A DNA stretch of 57,065 bases from positions 10,216,466-10,273,530 of the forward strand of contig NC_068982.1 of the NCBI RefSeq assembly GCF_001194135.2, read 5' to 3'. Origin of the DNA: Octopus bimaculoides (Eukaryota). Both the position numbers and the translations under genes were made by a program. Each line of letters begins with the position of its first letter. Within the stretch, counting starts at the first letter, position 1. Shown piece by piece: positions 22,960 to 36,245 of this stretch. Under the pieces are notes generated by a model. That model did not search any database and was not told where the DNA came from. It saw only the letters and a list, made by a program, of their open reading frames with translations.

Positions 22960-23592
22960 TAAATAAGAGAAACGGGTGCAAAACAAACATGGAATATCTA
23001 TATAGAAAAAAATACTTAGACATGAAGATTTCGGAAATCACCGAGGCCTACATTATATACACCCTGGTTCAGTCACAATAAATCCTAAATCGTCGGTGAA
23101 GTCTCCGGCTGCTGATATCTTGCCAATATCGTGATATATTGTCAATAATTGCCTAATATTCTTAAGTTACGTCGAGAGCGACTTTGCCGTTCATCATGTC
23201 GGGGTTAAGAAAGTAAGTATCAGTTGAATGCTGGGGTTGATGCAATAAACTCACCCCCTCCCGCAAAATTACAGGTCTTGTGACTATAGTAAAAAGTCTC
23301 ATTAGGTTAATGAGTGATAAACAACAACTTGCATGACGATAAAAGGATCTGAAAGTCTTCAGTCACGATTGTTGATGCTGTACATGGTTTTTCAGTGAAT
23401 TCTGATTAAATGTGACATGTCTCAAAACACAAGAAATTGAAAATTTCGCATCTTGTCTACGATGAAGATGGTGTATATATTTATCACAGACCATGATTCA
23501 TATGCCTACAAATACAAAATAATATTCGCAAATACATAGACTGAAAGTACAAAGGAATTTGTCTGTTTGTCTGTCTGTCTATTCTATCTGTC

Positions 23593-23646
<54 letters not shown>

Positions 23647-23804
23647 TCTCTCTCCACCCGTCTATCCACGCATCTATCAACCTTTGTATCTATCTACCAA
23701 TATAGATAGATAGATAGATAGATGGATGGATATAGATATTCACATACATATACATACAAATATACATGTATACACACACACACAGACATTCATTTATTCT
23801 TTTA

Positions 23805-24005
23805 TTCTCTTATTCTTTTATTTGTTTCACTCATTTGACTGCGGCCATGCTGGAGCACCACCTTTAGTCGAACAAATTGACGCCAGGACTTATTCCTTGT
23901 AAGCCTAGTACTTATCCTATCAGTCTCTTTTCCCGAACCGTTAAGCTGCGGGGACGTAAACACACCAACATGTCAAGCGATGGTGGAGGAGGGACAAACA
24001 CAAAC

Positions 24006-24058
<53 letters not shown>
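23805..24058 (-). mobile_element. SINE type C, 3' part
   Basis: tttcactcatttgactgcggccatgctggagcacc...gtcaagcgatgg matches 50010-50200 and 45405-45600. Confidence 0.85.
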
Positions 24059-24685
24059 NNNNNNNNNNNNNNNNNNNNNNNNNNNNNNNNNNNNNNNNNN
24101 NNNNNNNNNNNNNNNNNNNNNNNNNNNNNNNNNNNNNNNNNNNNNNNNNNNNNNNNNNNNNNNNNNNNNNNNNNNNNNNNNNNNNNNNNNNNNNNNNNNC
24201 ACACCCATATATGATCTATAGAAAAAAAATACAACAACAACAACGTTGACGATGAGAGTAACAATAGCAAAACAAGCTTCTTCCAAAGAAAGAGGTCTCT
24301 ACTCGATCTCTTGATATGTTAGAAATCGCAGCCAATTCTCTTTCCAATTATTCAATGCTGTCGTTTAAATGCAGAAATGCGAATAATAAATAACGTTGTC
24401 CTAGACATAATATCATAAAAAAGAGGAAATAAGATGGTCACGGGTGGAATGTCAGAGGAAAGATGAAAATTAAACATAGAGAAACAGTCAGGGAACCAAT
24501 GACATTAAATACTTTCCGGTCTTTAGTTTGGTTCTAAACAATAAAATAATAATGGAACAAGTTCTGTTGCTCAAATCTCCCTCTTCATCTTTGGACGTCG
24601 TTCAGACTCAAGAAGCATTTTTGGATGATTGATTATACGATGGTAGTCATCGTCAAACACGATATCTGGGTGTGCATTTGTGCGC

Positions 24686-24720
<35 letters not shown>

Positions 24721-24903
24721 TACACGCAGTCATATTGCATGCATGTATGTATATATACATGTATATATACACTCAAAACTATATACATAAACATACATAT
24801 ATAAATGTTTATATACACACAAATCTATATTCATGAACTTATAAACTTATATATATATATATATATGTATACACACACACACACACATCTGTATTCATAA
24901 ACT

Positions 24904-24947
<44 letters not shown>

Positions 24948-24961
24948 TATCTATATACATA

Positions 24962-25095
24962 AGCGGCGTGCTGACAGAATCGTTAGCACGCTGGTCTAAG
25001 TGCTTCACAGGCATTTCGTCCGTCTTTATGTTCTGAGTTCAAACTCTACCGTGATCCCCTATGCCTTTTATCCTTTCGGGGCTGCTCTTATAGCA
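24962..25095 (+). mobile_element. SINE type B, 3'-truncated by a LINE tail
   Basis: Family head and body, ending at the (TTA)n tail of the R4/Dong-like copy. Confidence 0.75.
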
Positions 25096-25099
25096 AAAT

Positions 25100-25860
25100 T
25101 ATTATTATTATTTAAGACATCGCACAGTATCCAATATCATGATGTTGTTGATTGGAGATATTGTGTCTACCGGGGGTTTGTACTGTCTGTGTAGTCACAA
25201 GGACATCAGACAGGCAATACTTTATGCAACATGCATGCAGTTCTAAGTAATGCCGATTTTTGCAATACACCTAGATTGTTGGATATTTCTAAGGTTTTCA
25301 GATGTTGTTTTTTTTGTTTTTTTTTCAGATTTGATGGTATTGAACCCAATGCTCCGGTCACAATAGAGACAACCTTTATGTTTGACTCTCGTAGCTGCCA
25401 CATCTTAGCGATCTCAATTCTCAAGTATTTTCTCTTTTCTTCATATAAATATGTTGATCGCCCGGCGCTGCCACGTTAATTTTTAGGCGCTCTTGTATAT
25501 CTTTCCTAAAGGTTACTATACTCGGCCTTCGGTGCTCTAACACCTTGTCTGTCTGAAAATGAAAGTCTCAGAGGATTTTTTCCTTCTCATTTTCATCCAT
25601 TACTTATTCCGGGGTATGCTGGTACCAAGCACCTGTTACCTCGTATCCATGCTAACGGCATAGTATCCAGTAAAGGTTTGGGGCTACCTTGCCGTGTCTG
25701 CGCTTGTACTCTTACTGCGGAAAGCCTTTACAAGCGCTAACAATGTGAGTCATATTTTCGACCCTCTTTCCACACATTCTGCAGAGGTTCGTTGCACTTG
25801 TGTGGTATATATACCTTTTCACTGAGTTGGTATTCAATGCCTGATCCTGGGCAGCAATAA
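25100..25860 (-). mobile_element. R4/Dong-like RLE LINE 3' fragment
   Basis: AAQDQALNT...CRMCGKRVENMTHIVSAC...EYKRRHG...KIL*DFHFQTD...RP...EIAKMW...VVSIVTGALG...LQKSALL, then a 3' UTR ending (TAA)n. Confidence 0.9.
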
Positions 25861-26200
25861 TTATGATTTCAGTAGTTGGGCTATAGAAGAGAAACTGTGC
25901 ACAGTTGTGGAAATTAGTTGCCCAGCGGATGTTAACATAAAGCTGAAGATCAGTGAAAAAGAGAATATCTATGCTGAACTACTGAGAAATCTGAAGTTGC
26001 TCTATTCAGATTACAAGTTCAGGTTTATACCTCTAATTATTGGTACCCTCGAATATGTAACACACTGCCTAAATACCAATCTTGAGAAAGTAGGCTTCTC
26101 AAAACCAGAAATGAGAAAGCTAATTCGAAGACTTTAGATCCAGTCCATCACTGGAACCATAAAAATCTGTAAAGCTTTCCAGAAGTTTATCATTTAAACA
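25861..26200 (+). mobile_element. RLE LINE C-terminal fragment (second family)
   Basis: WAIEEKLCTVVEISCPADVNI...EKENIY...FIPLIIGTL...IQSITGTIKICK; plausibly the downstream continuation of the family at 3661-3950. Confidence 0.8.
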
Positions 26201-26283
26201 TATATGAACATGTCTAGATATGTAATTATATGCATGAGAATACATACATAAAACATACATACATACATACATACATACATACA

Positions 26284-26315
<32 letters not shown>

Positions 26316-27912
26316 AAACAAATATACCCTGCTGTTGATATTGAAATTCCAATGAAGGAACCTTGAATTTAGGTCAGAAACCAGTTCTTTCTCTATTGGC
26401 AAGAAATCTTGAAATAAACTGAATAATGACATACATGCATATAGACATACATGGATACATATATATACACACACACAAGCCTGCAGTATGAAATTGTGTT
26501 TAGTACACGTTCAGTACATATGTACATAAATGTACCAGAATGTACCAAGGAATGTGGACTTGTATGAACAGTATGTGTGAGTTAATATTAGCTCTTTTGC
26601 ACATATAGTTGGTGTTATTGACTTAGTTTCATCGTTCTATTGTTTGCCAGCACATGTTTGCTTTCTATAGAAACTTATAGATTTTTCTGTAAGGATTCTA
26701 CAATATTAGTTTTATCGCTCTAGTTGCAGTCTAAGAAAGCTAACGACAATTAAAGTCTGAACAGACTTCCTGGAAGCAATTCTTCCAAATTTATCATCAT
26801 TGATTAAAAACAGGGATTTTATTATTTATTCAATTCTCCGGGGAAACATTTCTTCCACATCAGTTAGCACGGACACATATATACATATGCACATAAGCAC
26901 ATACGATCATGCGCATGTAAGCATCGTATAGACATACATGCAAGTGGTTAAAAACGCTTATTACTCTACTTAGAAATAAACACCTAAACGTCATATCTAC
27001 AAACGTAACTATGCGATCTCCTTGAATTCCATTAAGCCCAGATTTCATAAAGCAAAGAAGTTCATCGATGAATTATGTTCTTAAACTCTTTCTTAAAGGT
27101 CTTCGTGAAACTAAACTTTTTCCGTTCTGTTTTCGGCTTTTTAGTCTGAATGAAGGTGTTATCTTATGGCAGTCACAGACCTTCTGTAACTCGTAGTAGT
27201 TGTAATCTGACAGCTACAGAGAAAGCGTTGGCCGGAAGGGGCTTGCAACTCTCTATCCTGAGAGTCATTTAAAGCTTGGCCCCCAGTTGTTAGGTTGCAT
27301 GAGGATGGCATTTCGGTGCGGAAAGTTAGGATGGAATGACAGACGTGATGATATATTTGAGTGTAGGTGCTGCTGTGTGCGATATATTGTAGGTTATTTA
27401 GATGTAAGAGGATGAGTGTGTGTTAAGGAAAACCTCACCTTAGGGCGGCACATCAGAATTGGTGGTGCTAAGTTAAGAAAGGTACATCATTTAAGTATGG
27501 GAAGGTGAGTGCGAGCGATGGAAAATCTACAGCTTAGGATACAACAGAAATGATAGTGTTAATCAGAGAAAGGTCCATTATAACATGCAAAGATGATGCG
27601 ATTTGACAAGTCACTAAAACAAAACACGGAAGACTGACAGAGTTCATAGACAGGGGTTTTTGCTAGGAATATGCTTGAATAAAAGAGATCTTTTCTATTA
27701 TACTCTTGTCTGTGTTAAAGTGGTGGTGAGTTGCTCCACTGTGTGCGAATGTGCGATATGTGAGAGAGTGATCAAACCTTCAAATGGGCGCATAACTGTG
27801 ATGAGTGCTTGAAATCTAGATTTGAAGATATAAACTACCTGTTGTGTTACTATTTGATGTAGACGGTTCAGGATAAGAAAGGTTCTAATCCGATTCGAGC
27901 AGCAACCACATA

Positions 27913-28135
27913 TTAAGTTGGTACATAATTATTGCGGCTTTTTTACAATAAATTTTATTTAAAAAAATTTAAACAAAACGCTTATTTAAACAAAACGCCA
28001 AGCAGAAATTGAAGTAGATGGTGAATATGCTCCGGAATAATCATTTAAAGATGTTTTTGTTAAGTGTTGTTATTGTTTTTATTGACTAAAATTGATCGAT
28101 AAAAAGCCGCAATAATTGGGCACCAACCAACCTAA
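27913..28135. mobile_element. mariner-derived MITE
   Basis: TA|ttaagttggtacataattattgcggctttt ... aaaagccgcaataattgggcaccaaccaacctaa|TA; TIRs resemble the mariner ttaggttggtgc...aattgcgg type. Confidence 0.8.
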
Positions 28136-28362
28136 TAGAAAAGATTGCACAAATATACATCAAAAGTTGAGGAGAGGGAGGAGTACAGAAGTTGTTATTC
28201 CACCACTATAAATGAAAAGAGCCAAAAAAAAGAGCTTAAGAGGGTGGGTCTACACGATCACGTGACTTACTTAAAATAGCAGTTAAACGTCCATCAAATC
28301 ATACACTATCATCTTGAAAAGATAATATAGTTCTGGATATCATTGAACTGAATGTCTTCAAT

Positions 28363-28540
28363 CAGTGGTCCCCAAACATCCTCGGGCTACCTCCACCTTG
28401 GTATCAAGGCCACATTCTTAGCATCTCCACGTGGGAAGGGCATTGCCATCAATTACCCCTTTTTGGCTATCCCATTATCAGCTCATTTTTTTTCAACCGC
28501 CCCTGCCTGGGGATGGTACCACCCACTTTGGAAACCTCTG
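28363..28540. mobile_element. Possible hAT-like MITE
   Basis: cagtggtccccaaa / tttggaaacctctg termini (11 of 14 complementary); no matching 8-bp TSD. Confidence 0.45.
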
Positions 28541-29127
28541 TCCTAGGGTTACAAAACAACGACATGAAAGTAAACGAAAGTGCCGGCAGACATATTCCGA
28601 ACGAATAGTCCCAGAAGCGTTGCTGTTCTTCAGACAACAGGAAATTCATCTAATCGTAGACATAGGCGTTTATAAGAGAAACGAAAATGGTTAGAAGTAA
28701 CCCGATGACTTAAATGTTGAATTATATCAGAAAGAACAAAAACTGTTCAGCTATTTCCGTAAAACATTAATGGCTTTACAATGGAAATTTTCCATTTATG
28801 ACTTTTCTGTGAGATATTATTGCTAATTAACGTTATATTTTATTTCCTTTTCTAGATTTAGAAGTCATTCACAGACACACACACACTCTCATTTATGCAT
28901 ATATATATATATATANNNNNNNNNNNNNNNNNNNNNNNNNNNNNNNNNNNNNNNNNNNNNNNNNNNNNNNNNNNNNNNNNNNNNNNNNNNNNNNNNNNNN
29001 NNNNNNNNNNNNNNNNNNNNNNNNNNNNNNNNNNNNNNNNNNNNNNNNNNNNNNNNNNNNNNNNNNNNNNNNNNNNNNNNNNNNNNNNNNNNNNNNNNNN
29101 NNNNNNNNNNNNNNNNNNTGGTGGTGG

Positions 29128-29158
<31 letters not shown>

Positions 29159-29654
29159 GATGGTGTGTGTGTATGTGTGTGTGTGTGTATGTGTGTGTGT
29201 GTGTGCGTGTGTAAGCTACAAAATTGCTTCTGTTACCTTTTGGAAATTAGTTTGACATTTAATGAAATCAAAATGTTATTCATACAAGAGTTCTTAAAAC
29301 AGCCGAATAATTTTGCAATTTTACTTTATAACAATCTCTCCAGTTTTCCATTTACGACATATAAACGGAAATGTTGACAAAATATTACTCGCTATATAAA
29401 AACTGCAGATAAAAATAACAGTTATGTTCATATTTTATTTAAGATTCAGATTCACAAAAACAAAATCTAAAACTGTTCTCAAGATTTCTTTAGAAAGACA
29501 TATGATATAAATAAATATTTAAATAAGTTTCAACCATACATAACATGTATTTTACGAGACCATGTAGATGTTGTACAGTCGTATGGCATATCGTTGAGGT
29601 CTTGATATTTCCAAGCGAATATCGTTTAAGATTACTTTATTTTTATGAGTACAA

Positions 29655-29805
29655 GCATGGCTGTGTAGTTAGACGTTTTCTTTGCAGTCATATGTTTCTG
29701 GATTCAGTCACACCGCGGAGAACCTGCTATAATATCCGAGGGCCGACGAAAGCCTTCTGAGTAAGTCTGGTAGATCGAAACCGAAAAAAAACCCCGTCAT
29801 ACACA
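29655..29805 (+). mobile_element. SINE type C, degenerate
   Basis: gcatggctgtgtagttag...gggccgacgaaagccttctgagtaagtctggtagatcgaaac...cccgtc. Confidence 0.7.
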
Positions 29806-29859
29806 CATAAATACATACACACATACATGCATACATACATATATATGTGCATGTATATA

Positions 29860-30020
29860 TTGGGTCATCCCATAAATAATGCGGTTTTTCAATTACATGA
29901 ACGAAAAGTCGGAGGGAGACGGGATAAGCTCCCTACACCAACCTGCCAAAAAAGCAGGTAGTAATTTTACCTTGTTTCTTTTCTTAGTGCAAGTTTTGAA
30001 GCGTTCAATCATGGCGACTC
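29860..30020 (+). mobile_element. mariner 5' end fragment
   Basis: TA|ttgggtcatcccataaataatgcggttttt TIR-like start, running to atggcgact before a microsatellite. Confidence 0.55.
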
Positions 30021-30087
<67 letters not shown>

Positions 30088-30112
30088 TATGTGACACTTA
30101 TTCAGTAGCCAT

Positions 30113-30173
30113 GATAAAACTCCGAGTTTCGGATGCCGAGGTGGGGACCCACGCCAACATCTCTTCAGTTATC
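30113..30173 (-). ncRNA. Type-I hammerhead variant, family G
   Basis: GAUAA CUGAAGA [8-bp plus 4-bp stem II] C GAAA CUC G GAG U U UUAUC; intact core nucleotides with one extra C before G12; the host element ends in (AC)n. Confidence 0.65.
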
Positions 30174-32812
30174 CGGCCATTGAAAATTCCTGTGAAAAAT
30201 GACCGTTAAACAAAGGGAAGTTACTGTGTCGTTGACCGTTATTAAGGCAAAAGAGCTATAGACCGCTAAGTAAGGGGAGGGGGTAAAGGTAAGGGAGCAG
30301 AAAAGTCTATAGTGTTCGCGTAAGCGCACCAACCCGTACATTCGCCTGTATGTATATATATACTAAACCACCCTCGCTTGAAACACACACATGCTCACCC
30401 ACATACTCGCCAAAAACTAGACATATATATACCCGCATACACGGGTATCCCGCATACACACTCACACACACACACACGCACTGAACAAACTCGCACCCAT
30501 ACACACACACGCAAAAAATCATTCTAAAAGCAAAATACAGAAGAAAGTGTGAAAAAGCTATAAGGTTAAAAACGTATCTATATGCGCATACTTTCGCATG
30601 CACGCATATACATTTATATACACACATACCCGCACACACGCACACATTCACAAGCGCGCACATAAGGTTCCATGTACGTGTCTATAGACGCACAGGAAAA
30701 AAGCAGGGTGGAAGCACGGACACACACACACACACACACATAGATAGAAGATTATCTTGTTACTTCCACTGAAGACTCTTCTTTCTAGGCTAGAAACTGG
30801 CGTTTTCTTCAGTGGTGAGAAATTCAATAACTAAACTCAGCACCCCTTACGAGCATACATATATGTGCGCCCGTTTGTATGCATGTATGTATGTATATCC
30901 CTTCTGCCTATATCTACCCGAATAAAAAAAGATATAAATATCAGTGAGAAAACCGAAAATCAAATGATGCGGTGCAGAATCTCTTCTTTGGTATATTTTT
31001 GCTGTATCGAATTAGACGCTTTCTTGTCAATCGTGCCGTCACAAATGCAACAAATCAATGATATGCCTATAGGAGACTTGTAATCAACGACGCTATTATT
31101 CACCACCTGCGATATAAAATAAGATAAATGAAGGAATAAATAAATATGATTTCATGACTTATAGGCCATTATCGCTTTTCCGTCTCTGTATGAGTGATCC
31201 ATCATGCTTTCGATAGAGTCAGTCGGTACAACATCTATTGTATATGACTGATGTATGATTGAATAAGTAATAAAGACTGTCAGAAATATTACAACATTAG
31301 ACAAGCAATATTATCAAATCAAGCGAAATAATAAAACTTTCTGCATTAAAGGAAGATGTAGCGATATATACAAGATACAGAAGAGATCCGGGAAGAAAAA
31401 AAAAAGCTTCCGACGTAGGTTTTCTATGGAAGGTTAGATATAGACAGACGATAACTTAAAGTGACATGGTTAAACTGGAATTAGGAAAAAGCTAGTCTTT
31501 AATAGTGAGATTGGCAGAAGTAAATATGATTTAATGGTTTTTATAAAAATAGAAGATTGGTGATCATCATCATCGTTGCCGTCGTCGTCGTCGTCGTGTC
31601 CGGTTTGATCAGATGCGCATGATTCTGATACTCATCACTGTCTCTCATGGCATGTGATATTTCCTGTCTCTATTATCCAATGTAGCCAGGGTACCCAATG
31701 CAATTACGACTATTTTAAGAAGTCCAAAGTAGGGCACCACTAACTTGCTTTTTCCAACTAAGTGGAATATTTTTGGTGTAATTGTCTCGATACTCTAGTG
31801 TCTTCTTTCTCTGGTAAAGTGTTCTTTCCAAGACGTTTTCAAAATGACTCAATGTATGTCCATAGAGATGCCATACAGTACAGTTTGAAACCTTTTAATT
31901 AATGACGAGATGGAAGAACCATTAAGTAAACAGGTCCAACCATTACACGGAAGAAATTTATTTCAGATATTTTGAGAGCTTAGTTCCTCATTAAATGCAG
32001 CTGCTTTTTAAGTACTGACGAAGTTTTGCTGATACCTAAGTTAATATAATCCTCTATACATGTTAGTTTACTTCCGAGGCGCGTGAAAGCATTTACTACT
32101 TTTATTGAGCTTCCAGAGAAGGAGGTGATGATACCTTCTAAATTGTAACTAATGAATTCAGTTTTCCTTAAGAGTTAACATGGAAAACTAACATCTCCCG
32201 CGGCATTTTACATAAAGTGAATTAGGGATGTGGTTTCGGCAATCGTATCAGACACCAGAGATTATCCATTAGCACAACCTGTATCAGTTATTGCAGAGAA
32301 CGAGTATCTGAAACTTCTTGATTTTGTGAGGGTAAAGCCATGTTCCTTATTGTAATCAATTCAAGGCGGAGACAAGGCTGATTATGAAAAAGAAATAGGA
32401 GTACTACTAAGGCAAAGAATCATATTCTAAACTGAAATAATTTTAATTGTAACTAAGTTGTTTTTGTTTAGCAGGGGACAGCCTCAGGAGGATAAAAGGC
32501 AAATTTCGTGATTGTGGGATTCGAATTCACGACGCAGAGAACCAGGGAAAATTGCTCAACATATTCTTCTATCGGATGCTCTTATAACCTTGTCGATTCG
32601 CCATCTTAAATTCATCCATTTGTAAATAGCGGCCTCTTTTGATACACACAATTCAAGTATGAGTAAAAAATATTTCTTTTCACTTCTGTAAATATAAGCT
32701 GGCTGACTCATCTTTTAATCAACCAAAGACGCATTTCTTTTCTATGTTCTTGTTGTCACTATACTTCCTAGCCAGATTACTTAGAAACTTGTAAACCGCT
32801 ATTTTCTCTTAA

Positions 32813-33012
32813 CACTTTAGTATTAAAACCAACCATATCCAGCACAAACATGCTACCAGTATTATGTTCAAACCAGCCAGTTCCAGCCTATCACACATTC
32901 CCTTCAATGTCATTCTAAAAATATACAATCACTACAAGATAATGCAAGATCAATTAAAACAATGTGAATAGAAAAGCATTACATTAGACAGAATAACCTG
33001 AATGCTAAAGGG
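32813..33012. mobile_element. piggyBac-like MITE (second copy)
   Basis: TTAA|cactttagtatt ... aatgctaaaggg|TTTA; homologous to the reverse complement of 14231-14449. Confidence 0.7.
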
Positions 33013-33674
33013 TTTACATATGGAAAGCATGCTTTGTTGTTGCTGTTGTTGTTGTTGCTGTAAAGACTTAGATGAGTTCCGATTGAGAAACTCTATGATA
33101 AATGACTTTGATCCTGTGCGAATCCCTCTTTATTTTATTTCTAAGTCTAAATTCTCCTACGTGATCTTTATTTTCTAAAACAGAAAGTTATGATTTAGAG
33201 GGAATTTAGCTGCATTTTTTAGGAGGTCAAATAAATGAAAACAAGCCTCCTCTCTGACTGCTGGTAATATCAACAAAAGAGCTTTTACCTGGTACCTCTA
33301 CTTACCAAAAATAGCGAACACATCTTCCTCAAATAGCGCCTTTTACAAACGAGAAGACACATTGAATAATGTTGCCCTGAATGACCAGAGACGGTGCTCA
33401 TAATCAGAACGCTCTGCTCGTTTATGCTGACCTTTGGCTAAACAAAACAATATTTACAAGAGAACGACTGACCACTTTCTCAGTTTTCGATTTCTTTTGC
33501 TTCTCAGTGAGCAGCGGATTCTGTGAATCTAGATGTACGGATGACTTGCTTTCTTCTCTCACGCACATGATGTCTCTTAGTTGCATGTGACCATACGTAA
33601 CTTTATACACTCAGAATGAGAAAACCGAAAACTAAATTGAAAAGTTATGTTTACCTCTCACTTATTTATCATCT

Positions 33675-34038
33675 GGGGGCGCAATGGCCCAGTGGTTAGG
33701 TCGTTCGATCGCGGTTTCGATTCCCAGACCGGGCGTTGTGAGTGTTTATTGAACGAAAACACCTACAGTTCCATGAGGCTCCGGCAGGGGATGGTAGCGG
33801 ACCCTGCTGTACTCTTTCACCACAGCTTTCTCTCACTCTTACTTCCTGTTTCTGTTGTGCCTGTATTTCAAAGGGCCAGCCTTGTCACACTGTGTCACGC
33901 TGAATCCCCCCGAGAACTACGTTAAGGGTACACGTATCTGTGGAGTGCTCAGCCATTTTCACGTTAATTTCACGAGCAGGCTGTTCCGTTGATCGGATCA
34001 ACTGGAACCCTCGTCGTCCTAACCGACGGAGTGCCCAG
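33675..34038 (+). mobile_element. tRNA-derived SINE, type A2
   Basis: 11-bp TSD atttatcatct (33664-33674 and 34039-34049); colinear with 19876-20248. Confidence 0.9.
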
Positions 34039-35904
34039 ATTTATCATCTCTTAATTTTGAATTTTTCATAAGATTACTCCATTGCAGATTTCCTGTTTGG
34101 TATTTTGTTTATCGAGTCCCTGGAGGATGGGAAGTTAAGCTGACAACGGCGGGATTCGAATTTACAACGCAAAGAGGAGTAAGGACTTACACTGCAATAT
34201 TTTCTACCTGGCCTTTTTACCGCTCTAGCAGTTCGCCGCCATCTGTAAAATGTGACCTTCAGTGATATTGGCAGGTCAATTCTGTAACAATGAGGAACAA
34301 TATATAGTTGACAAATATTTCTTTTTACTTGCGTAGCTGTTAGATTGGGGAATTGTTTTAGATTTCTTCAGGCTGATTTGCTTTAGACACACCGGTGAAA
34401 ATTCTGGTAATGAACCCTGGCGTGCGCGCAGTAGAATCTAGTTATGTCGCTTGCACTCTTTACATTCTAAATTACTGACATGCTCGCTGTTACTTCTTAT
34501 TAGCAACATGAAAAATAATAGCGCCCTTCACACACAAACACAATCACACACACACGCACACAAACACACACATACACATGCATACTCATACACACTGGCG
34601 TCATTCAGAAGCAACATCTGACGCCTAACACAAGCTAATATATGAACAAATGTATTGAAAACAATTTGAATTGACATCTACAGCACCACGACACAATCAC
34701 TTGAACACAAATTTTAACTTTCTCAACATCAATCTCACCAGACTTGGAGGTCTACGAATAGCGACCATTCCTCTTATTTAGACTAAATAAGGATTTAGAT
34801 AGCCTATCAGACTAAATAATAATATTGCTGAAAAAATGTTAGCACGTTAATAAGTAGGGCATGGTATTTTCATTTTATGTCATGTTCAAAGATTGTATCA
34901 AATATTATTTGCTATTCTATAAAATACACCGTTAATACATTTGAGATAATTCTAGATATCAAGCGATTGCACTTGCCGTCGTTACAAAATATGAGGTAGA
35001 ATGCTCGATCGAGAAATTAGTAATTTTTTTTCTTTTGTTTTTATTTTCTTTTATCTAATCTACTTAAATTCTTTATAGCTGTTTCCTTGTATTTTAGTTT
35101 CTCTAACAACAACCATGCCGACAACGACTACAACAACAACAGTGAAGACGACAACGACCATACTAACAATAACAACAGCAACAACGATGTTGACAGCAAA
35201 AACAACAATTTTTTTTTTTGATCGGTATATCTATTTTATTTTAAGTAAGTTTGTTTACCGAAACAAATTTTGCTCGAATGCAAAGTTTCATCGACCTATC
35301 TTCCTGTATCTGGCGTCAACAACTAACTTCAATTCAACTGACCAATATCATTTCTTGACCTAATCGATAGAGGACAAAAAAACACAAATTTGGTTGGAGG
35401 AAGTACTGAACAATCTACACTACTTAACCGATTGTTCGAGCGATTTTAAGATTTCAAATAACTAAACTCTTAATTTACTGGACAGATTGAAATAGTTGTA
35501 AGTTTAACATATACAGACAGCTAACATTTCGCTTTTGGATTTGGTTTGCAAGATTCTTTATATGAGTTCGTGTGTTGAAGCATATTCTATTGTGTCTGGG
35601 AAGAGTCATTTTCTTTCTGTGCCTTATAATTTAACACACTCACCGGTAAAATTTCCACTTATTTCTTATTTTTATTTTCCTAAAATTTTCGTTGCGTTTT
35701 GCAACCTTTTCAATAGAGTCAAGACTATTGAAAAGGTTGCAAGACTCAACGAAAAGTTTAGGAAAATAAAAATAAGGAATAAGGAATAAGAGCAGGTACA
35801 GTTGTTATCATCCAATGGATCAATCTAGAATATTACTTCTACATTTTATTGACTTCCCGAATATGAATCTTAATGACGGCTTTCACCATCTGTCTATTCC
35901 ACTG

Positions 35905-36245
35905 CCATCTTTTAATATTGATCGCAAAGTTTGGTACAAGGTCTGCAATTTCTGGGGAGGAGGTGAGTCGATTGTATAGACCCCAGTACGTGACTGGTAC
36001 AGTACTGTTTCTTATTTCTTTACTGCCCACAGGGGGCTAAACATAGAGTGAACAAACAAGGACAGACAAAGGGATTAAGTCGATTATATCGACCCCAGTG
36101 CGTAACTGGTACTTATTTAATCGACCCTGAAAGGATGAAAGGCAAAGTCGACCTCAGTGGAACTTGAACTCAGAACGTAATGACAGACGAAATGCCACTA
36201 AGCATTTCGTCCGGCATGCTAACGTTTCTGCCAGTTCGCCGCCTC
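35905..36245 (-). mobile_element. SINE type B: full long-tail copy plus adjacent 3' fragment
   Basis: Complete element at ~36017-36245 with the tttgtctgtccttgtttg...gggcagtaaag tail; tail fragment at 35905-36003. Confidence 0.85.

Noticed and set aside
26355-26400. ccaatga...accttgaatttaggt...gaaaccag in a LINE 3' region
   Set aside because: Two changes in the first core box and poor stem I; not supportable as an HHR
28580-28645. Minus-strand CUGAAGA...GGAAUAUGUC resembling the rod's HHR junction
   Set aside because: GGAA instead of GAAA, and stem I does not pair
30766-30815. 10-bp inverted repeat ccactgaaga/tcttcagtgg with CTGAAGA and GAAA on both strands
   Set aside because: No stem II closes between the core boxes and stem I does not pair on either strand; kept only as a small hairpin
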